From contig NW_021825772.1 in NCBI RefSeq assembly GCF_006345805.1, positions 1-14,649 on the forward strand: a stretch of 14,649 bases of DNA, in the 5' to 3' direction. This document shows, piece by piece, positions 1 through 9,626 of the stretch; the stretch's first letter is position 1; the number at the start of each line of letters is the position of its first letter. This stretch comes from Octopus sinensis (Eukaryota). The notes beneath the pieces were generated by a model. It was not told the DNA's origin, did no database searches, and saw only the letters and a list, made by a program, of their open reading frames with translations. The translations under genes were made by a program, and so were the position numbers.

Positions 1-16
1 GATAGATAGATAGATA
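1..16. repeat. (GATA)n microsatellite, cut by the window edge; abuts the 3' end of LINE copy A
   Basis: Four perfect GATA units at the window start. Confidence 0.95.
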
Positions 17-1449
17 ACTTTCTTTTATTAGCCACACAGGGTTGAATACAGAGGGGACAAATACAAATGCAGAGCTTTTCTTTTCGAGGGTGGAAAAAAA
101 TAAATGTAAGATTGCGATCAAAAGGGATCGAGAGGAGGAAAAAAAAAATAAAAAAAAATCGTGTATCACAGAAAAATGATAAAAACATTGATAAAAACAA
201 GATTGGGTCATCCGTGGGAAGAAAAGCCTACAGAAAAGACCACGGGAACCTCAGTCAGGGAGGAAATAACCACATGAGATCAAAATGCTATCTTTCTTTC
301 TTTTTTACGATCTACAGGATCATGTCAAAATGGTTTCGTCACTCGCACGCACATCTTTGCAACATTCACCCATCTTTTTTTTAATCTTTCGCGAGACAAA
401 ACTTCCCTCTCCATTCTCACCTTCCTTTTCAAGTGGTACTTGAAAAAGTTGATGAGCGATTGGCCAGAGAGGTGGAAGTGTTTGTCTCTAATCCTTTCGC
501 TCGGGTCCACCACACACATTCTTTCACCATGGCCACCAGTACGATGAAAACTGCCTTGTCTTTCCGGTTGAGGGAAAGGGGCGGAGAGCAATTCCCACAA
601 TAGACTCGGCCGATAGGCGGATTCGTCCCACACGTGACAGCAGCCGTTCGGCATAAGCCCACAGGTCTGAAATGGTTGGACATTGCACGAGTGCGTGCAG
701 AACGGTTTCGTCGCTCTGACCGCATCTCGGGCAAGTCGGTCCAGTGTGTCTGGACCGTGTCTGTAGAGCTTATCCCGAACAGGTAATGCTTCTCGATAGC
801 ACTGCCAGGCCAGGGATCTTTGGGGTTGTTCATAGGTCCCGGCCCGAAAGTTGTCCTGAACAGGCGGGTCAGGTGTTCCTCGTCGACGCCCAGACTCTGC
901 CCGAGTTCGTCGTCGCACCTCCTCCACTAATCCTCTATAGAATGCCTTTGTTGTGATGGAGTTGCACAAGTTCGATCCCGGACGCAGAGTTGCTTGAGAG
1001 CAACGCGACACTCGCGGTGCCATTCGCCTAGCCTCGGTCTCTGCTTGATCCATGACTGTAGTTCGTCCAAGGAGACGAGCTGCGGGAAAGCGCGCCGCAC
1101 AAAAGGCGACCACACCTGTTCACCGTTGTCTATGAAGCGCCGGAGATGTCGCAGTCTCAGCGCATGTCTGCGCATCATCAACCACGGCATGCCCAGCCCT
1201 CCATTTAGCGGGTGTTGACAGCAAATGGATCGCCTAACCATCGGAACGTTTCCCTTGCACAAGAAGCGGAAGAGTATACATTCCAGTTTGGTGATGGTAG
1301 GGTCGGGACAAGGCACGACGGTCAGACGATACTCGATGACGGATGCGATGTACGCGTTCGCCACCTCCGCCCGACCTTTTAGGGATAGATTTCTCTCAGC
1401 CCATTTCTGGGTGAGAGTAGCCACACTAGGCGTTATCTCGCCCCAGTTC

Positions 1450-2250
1450 TTCTCCATTTGGAGGTCCGGACCGAACCAGACCCCGAGCAATTTAACCGGT
1501 CCGTCCGTCCAGCGTCCCACGATGGAGACGCTGTTGGACGGCATGGGCCTGCTTCTCCAGGTGCCGAGCCGCAAGCCCACTGACTTTTCCCGGTTAATTT
1601 TTGCTCCCGTTATCGCTTCGTATTCTTTTAGTGTCTCGCCGACCAGCTCTATGTGCTCGTAGCTCGACACTATGACGGTGACGTCATCCGCGTATGCTGA
1701 CACGCTCCTCCCGCATCCCAGCTCTCGTGGCATGCCCCTCAGCGTCGCCAGTTTCCGCAGTAGTGCTCAAGAGTCAATACATACAGCAGCGATGAGAGGG
1801 GGCATCCCTGACGAACCGAACGCATGATGTTAAAAGGTCTGGATAGATGACCATTTACGCGAACTACTGAGCGGATGCCGCTGTATAAGGCAGCGATCCA
1901 ACGCGGAAAACTGGACCGAAACCAGCCGCTTAAGGACAGCCTCGAAGTAGTGATGGTCTACCCTATCGAAGGCTTTTGATTGATCCAAATTGATCAGCGC
2001 CCCACCCATGCCAGGATTCTTAACTACCCTGTCTATGATGTAGCGCATCAGATGGAGGTTGTCATGAATACTTCTACCCGCACGGCGCATGTTTGCGCCT
2101 TGTCGATTAGTTTCTTGATGACAAGCGCCAACCTCTCGGCTAACACCTTGGCCAAAATTTTCAAATCTGCGTTGAGCAGAGTGATGGGCCTGAAAATTAT
2201 ATGACGTCCCCCTTGTTGGGTCTTTCTTAATCAGTGCCACTGATCCTCGC
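1450..2250 (-). other. Reverse transcriptase core of copy A ORF2
   Basis: RPITLLN, DQSKAFDRV, RQGCPLS, YADD and KLLG motifs in the expected order; boundaries approximate. Confidence 0.9.
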
Positions 2251-2999
2251 TTTACAAAGCAGGAATACTCCCGTTTTCTGCCAGTTGCAGTAGACAGCTG
2301 CCAAGACGCCTCCAAACAAGTCTGGCATATGAAATTAAAGTTCGTAGGGCAGACCATCCAAGCCTGGTGACTTGTCTCTCGCGCAGCCTACCATCGCATC
2401 CTGTACGTCCGCAGCTGTGATAGGCCTTTCACAAGACTCCACCTCTTTTGCTGAGAGTCGTGGCAAGGCATGCAGGTAGGCACTAAAGTCCACTCTGCGT
2501 TCTGACCCACCACTTGTCCCAAACAGTTGGGTGAAGTGTTGTTGAAAAGCTCCACACATCCTTTTAGGCTCGAGCAATACGCGCCCCTGTTCATCTATAA
2601 GAGACTTGATGGTGGCTCTGTTGCCTCGTTGCGTCTCCACCACTCGGGCCTCTTGGGCGGCTCCAACTCCTTCGTTCATCAGAGCACGCATCCTAGCTCT
2701 GACAACGCATCCCTCGTGTTTGGCGTTGAGGTGTTGGTCGAGGACCAATCTCGCCGCCAGCACGTTGGACGCGATGCCAGTTCTAAGTGCCTCTTCTAAA
2801 GCCTTAACTAATTCTCCCTCTATTCTATTTCGGTCTAATGCTAGTGCTTTACTGTATCTGACTGATTCTGCTTTAATTGCTCTTTTTAGAGCATACCACC
2901 ATCTGTTGTTGATGATGGTACCCGTCAAAGCTCCCTTAACTAATGTGCTGATCCGGTCCCTGTAAACCTGTCGTGCTGTAAAAGACGCGTTCAGTTTCC

Positions 3000-3727
3000 A
3001 GTAACCAGGACCCTGCCTATGTGTCTTATCTAAGTCAAGTGTACAAGTCACAAACTTGTGATCTGTGTAACTGTCTATATGAAATTGTGGACAACCTACG
3101 CTATTTTTATCTATTGTCCTACAGAATACTCTATCTAAGTATGATCTGGACGACCCGATGCGGTTACTCCATGTCCACATTGGCACATTCGGGTGGTCCA
3201 GTCGGTACCTGTCAGACAGTTGGAAACGTCTGAGCAGGTCTTTGAGGCATTTGCATCCCCTTCTATTGCTATCTCTGCCCACGTAGTCTAGATGCGTGTC
3301 CAGGTGGCATTCCAATCCCCCACTAAAAGTAAAGGACGAGACGTTCCATGAAAGACTCTAGACGTCGAAAGAAATCTGGTCGGCCTGTTAAGGACGGAGC
3401 ATAAACTGCTATCAGTCGAAAAGCACACTCATTGCTGCCATCGACATCCAAGACGACCAGCCTACCCTCCGGGTCTAGGAAAATTGCTCTTACTTTGAGA
3501 TCTAGACTCTTCCGGAGAAGCACCGCGGTGCCACCTCCGCCCATTCTCGGAGAAAAATAAATGTTAAAATGTGTACCGAAACTGTGCTGGAGTGCCCGCA
3601 AGCTGTGGAGTCTGGTCTCACTGATGGCTATGATATTCAGATTTAGTGACTTGATGTCATTTAACAGGTAGCCTTGTTTCCAAGGCGACCCCAAGCCACG
3701 TACATTTATACTGCCTATTCTGAGCAT
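3000..3727 (-). other. APE-type endonuclease domain of copy A ORF2
   Basis: NVRGL, E in SETR, Y in VYAP, GDWN, D in YLDR and TDH catalytic-type motifs; spans two 1-bp frameshifts near 3303 and 3346. Confidence 0.88.
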
Positions 3728-3796
3728 GTTCCGATAAAAAATTGTGTTTTACACACGAAAAGAAAGTGCAAAAATGAAAGAGAGAGAGAGAAAAGG

Positions 3797-5883
3797 TTAC
3801 TTGTTGTTCGAAAGTCCTTTGTTTTTCACCTCACAATCTTCTTCTATGAGGCTTTTGTATAGTTTTTTGATGAATACTTTTGAAATCTCCCTACTGCATT
3901 AGGGTAAAGAGATTTCAGGGTGCTGTATGTGTTCTGTGTTACGTGTATTATTTTAATGTGTTGTGGTGTGTGTTGTGCGTGGGTGGTTACTTGTTTTTAT
4001 GTCGTTTTCAGTATGTTAGTGTGTTTGACCTAATGTGTTCCATTAGGTCGTGGTTGTTTGTGTTTATGGCTGTCAACATTGTTGTGGGGTTTGATGATGG
4101 TGTGTTTGTGTTGATGTGTTTGTTTTCTGTGGATGTTTTTGTTTCGGGAGTGGTGAATCTTCCTGCTTTGTTTGTTATCTTTTCTTTTCTTTTTTTTTCT
4201 TTTCTTCTCCCCCCTGTGGCTATTTGCCAATCTTCTGTGTCTTCTTCGTCTAATGACAATCAGAAGAATCAGAGCTGGAAGAGGGAAAATATTGGGGTCT
4301 ATTGTAGACTGTGTTGATTTTGTTGTTGGTGTTGGTGGGTGAGCGTTAGTTGTGGTGTATGCGGTTTTGGAGGTGGGTGTGGGTATTTTGTGTTTGAGTG
4401 ATTGTAGGTATTGTTGTGTTGTTTGGAGTGTCAATTTTGTGGGGATTTGGAGTAGTAATTGTTTCTTCATTTTCGATGAGTGTCTTTTTGGCAGATCTCC
4501 TTGGTTTGGTAGTTGGTTTATTCTTGGTTGTTGTTGTTGTTGGTGATGTTGCTTCTGTTCTTGGTGCAGTTGGTGTGGTTGTTTGGTTGGTGAGGTTTGT
4601 TTTTTGTTGATTTTCTGTGATTAGTCCTGTTTGTGCAAAACGTGGTGTGGGTAGTAAACCTGGTTTATTTGTTTTTTCCGTTGTTTTTTCGTGCTGTTTT
4701 CTTGCGGCAGATTTGCAGTCTTTTTTTAGGTTTTGTTCACTGCCGCATATGTAGCAACGTGGCCTTCTGCCATCGACGACCACATACACCTTGTGGTCTT
4801 CTGATACACATATCTGGGTGGGTATTTTCTTTATGTCTTCTTGGTTTATATGTAGTAGAAATTCTACATTTTTTCCCACCCAGTTTTTGTGCTCCGTGAC
4901 CGTGGTTTCCAAAATTGTGAAATCTTTCATTTTCACACATAAGGCCTTTACTAACCAGAGATTGTTAGCTATTTTTGGGACGTTGTTTAAAGTGATCTTA
5001 GTCACTTTCTGTCCACGATAGCTTGGTATTAATGTCAGTTCATCTGAATGAAGAGTTAGCGTTGAGAAACGTTTTGCTAACTCTTCAGTGTGGAAAACCA
5101 CTTGTATGTGTGCGAACTTGCTCCACCAGGTCACATAGTCTTTGTAGTTCCAGATGGGTTTCAAGCATTTTTTATTTTGCTTGTGTTAGCCTTCTCTGGA
5201 CTTTTTGTTTTCTTATTAATTATTTTATAAATAATTGTTCTTTTTTTTTCATCTTCTAATATTTCTTCTGGTATGTTTATTTTTACTATACCATCTACTT
5301 CTGTTATTAAAATGTTCGTGTCTTTTATTTGTTGTGCAGTAAAATATACTGTTGTCTTTTTTTCTTTAATCGCCTCGGCGAAATTTGTTGTTGTTTTGTT
5401 ATTGTTGTTGCTGGTGGTGATGTTGTTGTTGGCTGCAGTTGGTAAATTTGGTGTATTTGGTTTGATTGTGCAAGTAGAAAGGGGTGGAAAATTACTTGCA
5501 TAATTTATTTCTGTATTCGAGCAGCTTTTGTCAATTTGTTTGGTGGTCACAGTCTTTTGTTTATTCACTTCAGTTCTTGTTGTTGGAGTAAAACAGGTCT
5601 GAACGGAATTGTTGTTGTTGTTATTGTTGTTTTTGTTGTTGGTGGTAGTGTCAGTGGCAGAAGAGACAGCCGTGGCAGCAGATGTCGAAATGGTGGCGCA
5701 ATTTTTATTTTTGTTGTCATTGTTATTTTTGTTGTTGTTGGTAGTTGAGGTAGTGGATGAGGTGGCGGCGGTGGTGGTGGTGGTGGTGAAGGCGGTGGTG
5801 GTAACAGTAGTAGTCTCTATGTTGTTCTTGCTAGTGGTGGTGTTGGTGACAGGGCTGTTACTACAAGTAGTTGTAGCGTTCAT
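3797..5883 (-). pseudogene. ORF1 of copy A (gag-like nucleic-acid-binding protein with low-complexity T/N arms and one degenerate zinc knuckle), frameshifted
   Basis: ATG at 5883. Track ORFs 5161-5883, 4346-5164, 4030-4470 and 4008-4259 join by small frameshifts. CYICGSEQNLKKDC at 4715-4756. The last segment reads KVFIKKLYKSLIEEDCEVKNKGLSNNK-TAA (3797-3799). The true start may be the ATG at 6013. Confidence 0.75.
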
Positions 5884-6211
5884 TGCAAAGTCATTGATGA
5901 TTTTACTTTGCGCGCATAAATTCTTTTTTTTTTTCTCCTAGCGTTTCCAGTCTAGGAGAAAGCTGGTCGATAAAGGAACGCGACCATCGTTCTACAATAC
6001 AATTTCTTGACATTTTCAAAATGTTGAGAAAGAAATTACAAAAGTTAAATAGGGTTGAAACTGTCCCTAGGGGCGAATTCCTCCCATGGAAAAGCACTCA
6101 AACGAAAGTTGGGTGCCTTACACACCTTATTTACAAAAATGTACACAAAATATGGGCTATAAATAGTCAAAAAAACAACGATTACCTTCGGAGCGAAGTG
6201 ACAGCACGTCC

Positions 6212-6219
6212 ATAGACAG

Positions 6220-6290
<71 letters not shown>

Positions 6291-6310
6291 ATTAGAGATA
6301 TAGATAGATA
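6212..6310. repeat. (GATA)n microsatellite between the 5' end of copy A and the 3' end of copy B
   Basis: Perfect GATA run 6221-6290 with degenerate edges (atagacaga; attagagatatagatagata). Confidence 0.95.
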
Positions 6311-7403
6311 TGTTTCTTTATTAGCCACACAGGGCTGCACACAGATAGAACAAATTACAAGGTAGAGCTTTTCTTTTGAAGGTTTAAAAAAAAAAAAAAG
6401 GGGGAGTTTCGATCAAAAGGGATCGTAAAAGGAGAGAAAGAGGACAAAAAAAGGGGGGTAAAAAAAAAAAAAAAAGGGGGGGAGAGGAAAAAAAAGTTGA
6501 TCAATAGGGATCGTTATCACAGAAATGTCAATATGAAGTGTAAAGGGGAGGACAGGTGAGGTTTACCCGTGGAAAGAAAAACCTACGGAAAAGACCACGG
6601 TAACCTCGGTCAATGAAGTCACATTTTATATTTCTTTTTTTTTTTTTTTTTTTTTTTTGCAAATAAGCAACTCTCTGTTTTCGATTTCTGGGTTCATAGG
6701 ACTATGCTCAAGGTGGCTTCGTCATTCATACGTGCCATTCTTGCTACATTCACCCATCTTTTTTTAAAACATTCGCTAGACAAAACTTGCCTCTCTACTC
6801 TCACTTTCCTTTTCAAGTGGTACTTGAAGAAGTTGATGAGAGATTGACCAGAGAGGAAAGTGTTTGTCTCAAATCCTTTCAGACGCGTCCACCAGATACA
6901 TTCTTTCGCCATAGCCACAAGATGATGAAAATAGCTCTTCCTTCCCGTTTGAAGGAAGGAGGCGTGACAATATTGACGATAGACTCAGCTGATAAACCGA
7001 CTCGTCCCACACGTGACAGCAGTTGTTCGACATAAGCCCACAGGTCGGAAATTGTTGACACTGAACGAGTGCGGCAGAACGGTTTCGTCGCTCTGACCGC
7101 ATCTCGGGCAGGTCGGCCCCGTGTTTCTCGAGCCGTGTCTGTAGAGCTTATCCCGAACGGGTAGCGCTTCTCGGTAGCATTGCCAGGCCAGGGATCTCTG
7201 GAAGTTGTCCATGGGCCCTGGCCCGAAAGTCGTCCCGAACAGGCGGGTCAGGTACTCCTCGTCGACGTCCAGGTTCGCCCCGAGCTCGTCGTCGTACCTC
7301 CCCTCCACTAAACCCCTATAGAATGCTTTGGCTGTGTTGAAGTCACTTAAGGTCGACCCAGGACGGCAGAGTTGCTTGAGAGCAACGCGACACTCGCGGT
7401 GCC

Positions 7404-7404
<1 letters not shown>
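6311..7404 (-). mobile_element. Tx1-group LINE copy B, 5'-truncated (~1.1 kb)
   Basis: ORF2 C-terminus (LAWQCYREALPVRDKL, CPRCGQ, stop TGA at 6694-6696) plus 3' UTR with AATAAA (6317-6322). Homology to copy C stops at ...cactcgcggtgcca (7404), where GATA begins. Confidence 0.92.

Positions 7405-7472
<68 letters not shown>
7405..7472. repeat. (GATA)17 microsatellite between copies B and C
   Basis: 68 bp perfect GATA run. Confidence 0.97.
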
Positions 7473-9582
7473 TGTTTCTTTATTAGCCACACAGGGCTGC
7501 ACACAGATAGAACAAATTACAAGGTAGAGCTTTTCTTTTGAAGGTTTTAAAAAAAAAAATAATAATAATAATAAAATAACAATAAAATAAAATAAAAAAG
7601 GGGGGTCGATCAAAAGGATCTCGTAAAGGAGAGAAAGAGGACAAAAAAAGGGGGGGGTTAAAAAAAAGGGGGAGAGGAAAAAATTGATCAATAGGGATCG
7701 TTATCACACAGAATGTCCATATGAAGTGTAAGGAGGACAGGTGAGGTTTACCCGTGGAAAGAAAAGCCTACGGAAAAGACCACGCTAACCTCGGTCAATG
7801 AAGTCACATGTTATATTTCTTTTTTTTTTTTTTTTTTGCAAATAAGCAACTCTCTGTATTAATTTTTACGGTTCATAGAACCATAGTCAAGGTGGCTTCG
7901 TCATTCACGTGCCATCCTTGCTACATTCACCCATCTTTTTTTAAAACATTCACTAGACAAAACTTGCCTCTCTACTCTCACTTTTTTCTTCAAGTGATAC
8001 TTGAAGAAGTTGATGAGAGATTGACCAGAGAGGAAAGTGTTTGTCTCTAATCCTTTCAGACGCGTCCACCAGATACATTCTTTCGCCATAGCCACAAGTA
8101 TGATAAAATAGCTCTTCCTTCCCGTTTGAAGGAAGGAGCGTGACGATATTAACGATAGACTCGGCTGATAAACCGACACGTCCCACACGTGACAGCAGTC
8201 GTTCGACATAAGCCCACAGGTGGGAAATTGCTGGACACTGCACGATTGCGTGCAGAGCGTTTCGTCGCTCTGCCCGCATCTCGGGCAGGTCGGCCCCGTG
8301 TTTCTCGAGCCATGCCTATAGAGCTTATCCCGAACGGGTAGCGCTTCTCGGTAGCACCGCCAGGCCAGGGATCTCTGGAAGTTGTCCATAGGTCCCGGGC
8401 CGAAAGTCTTTGAAACAGGCGGGTCAGGTATTCCTCGTCGACGCCCAGGTTTGCCCCGAGCTCGTCGTCGTACCTCCCCTCCACTAATCCCCTATAGAAT
8501 GCTTTGGTTGTGTTGAAGTCACTCAAGGTCGACCCGGGACGGCAGAGTTGCTTGAGAGCAACGCGACACTCGCGGTGCCATTCGCCCTTCTTCGGCCTCT
8601 TTTTGATCCACGACTGTAGTTCGGTCATGGAGACGAGTTGCGGGAATGCGTGCCTCACAAACGGCGACCACACCTGTTCACCGTCGTCTACATAGAGCCG
8701 GAGATGTCGCAGTCTCAGCGCGTGTCTGCGCATCATCAACCACGGCATGCCCAGCCCTCCTTTTAACGGGTGTTGACAGCAAATGGATCGCCTGACCATC
8801 GGGACGCATCCTTTCCACAAGAAGCGAAGAGGATGCGTTCTAGTTTGGTGATGGTAGGGTCGGCAAGGTACGACGGTCAGGCGGTAGTAGATGATGGACG
8901 CGATGTACGCGTTCACCACCTCCGCCCGACCTTTTAGGGACAGTTTCCTCTCGGCCCATTGCTGGGCGAGAGTGACCACCTACTCGTTATCTCGTTCCAG
9001 TTCTTCTCCATTTGGAGGTCCGGACCGAACCAGACCCCGAGCAACTCAACCGGGCCGTCTGTCCAGCGTCCCACGACGGAGGTACTGGTGGACGGCATGG
9101 GTTTGCTTCTCCAGGTGCCGAGCCGCAAGCCCACTGACTTTTCCCGGTTGATTTTTTGCTCCTGTCACCGCTTCGTAGTCTTTCAGTGTCTCGCCGACCC
9201 GCTCGATGTGCTCGTGGCTTGACACTATGACGGTGACGTCGTCCGCGTATGCAGACACGCTCGTCCCGCATCCTAATTCTCGCGGGATGCCCCTCAGAGT
9301 CGCCAGCTTCCGCAGTAGTGGCTCAAGAGTCAATACGTATAGAAGCGCCGAGAGGGCATCCCTGACGGACCGAACGTGCAATGTCGAAGGGTCTCGATAG
9401 ATGTCCATTTACGCGAATTACCGAACGGATGCCTCTGTACAAGGCAGCTATCCACCGCGGAAGACGGGACCGAAACCAGCCGCTCTCAGGACTGCCTCCA
9501 AGTATCGATGGTCTACCCTATCAAAGGCTTTCGATTGATCCAAGTTGATCAGGGCCCCACCCATGCCAGGTTCGTTAACTAC
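7473..9582 (-). mobile_element. Tx1-group LINE copy C, 5'-truncated (~2.1 kb), same subfamily as copy B
   Basis: Runs from the RT motif LDQSKAFDRV through YADD (9238-9249), LSLKGRA, GGLGMP and CPRCGQ to the stop at 7873-7875 and a 3' UTR with AATAAA (7479-7484). Homology to copy A ends at ...ttaactac (9582). Frameshifted. Confidence 0.92.
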
Positions 9583-9626
9583 TACGCCATATGCCCGTAG
9601 GCAATTATGGAGTGAATTTTTAGGGC

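Larger units (their letters stand above)
312..3727 (-). pseudogene. ORF2 of copy A (APE endonuclease, reverse transcriptase, C-terminal CCHC), broken by multiple frameshifts and one in-frame stop
   Basis: ATG at 3727. EN motifs: SINVRGL, AISETR, IAVYAP, GDWNA (3306-3320), YLDRVF, TDHK. Linker motifs: YWKLN, KSPGLDGLP. RT motifs: FRPITLLNADLKILAK (restored across a frameshift), LDQSKAFDRV, RQGCPLS, YADD (1683-1694). Then KLLGVWFG, LSLKGRA, GGLGMP and CPRC-x8-H-x4-C (680-733). Stop at ~312 inferred by alignment to copy B. Confidence 0.92.
17..6211 (-). mobile_element. L1/Tx1-group non-LTR retrotransposon, copy A, apparently full length (5' UTR, ORF1, ORF2, 3' UTR)
   Basis: Minus-strand order: 5' leader, ORF1 with a zinc knuckle, ~70 nt spacer, ORF2 with APE-EN, RT and CCHC motifs, ~300 nt 3' UTR, AATAAA (24-29). 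Both ends touch GATA repeats. The 5' boundary is approximate (6211-6220). Confidence 0.92.

Noticed and set aside
5161-5175. Programmed ribosomal frameshift in ORF1
   Set aside because: It is one of many single-base homopolymer breaks across all copies; error or decay is the simpler explanation.
3880-5941. Hydrophobic V/L/F-rich plus-strand ORFs (3880-4317, 4398-4610, 5273-5503, 5609-5941) resembling membrane proteins
   Set aside because: They are antisense shadows of the ACA/AAC-rich ORF1 on the minus strand.
6212-7472. Repeat-spacer-repeat layout as a CRISPR-like array
   Set aside because: The repeats are simple GATA tetramers, the spacers are kb-long LINE copies, and there are no cas genes.
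6311-8580. Copies B and C as an assembly duplication
   Set aside because: They differ by many substitutions and by distinct 3' UTR segments (e.g. the AAT-rich stretch 7553-7600; agcattgcc versus agcaccgcc), not just by indels.
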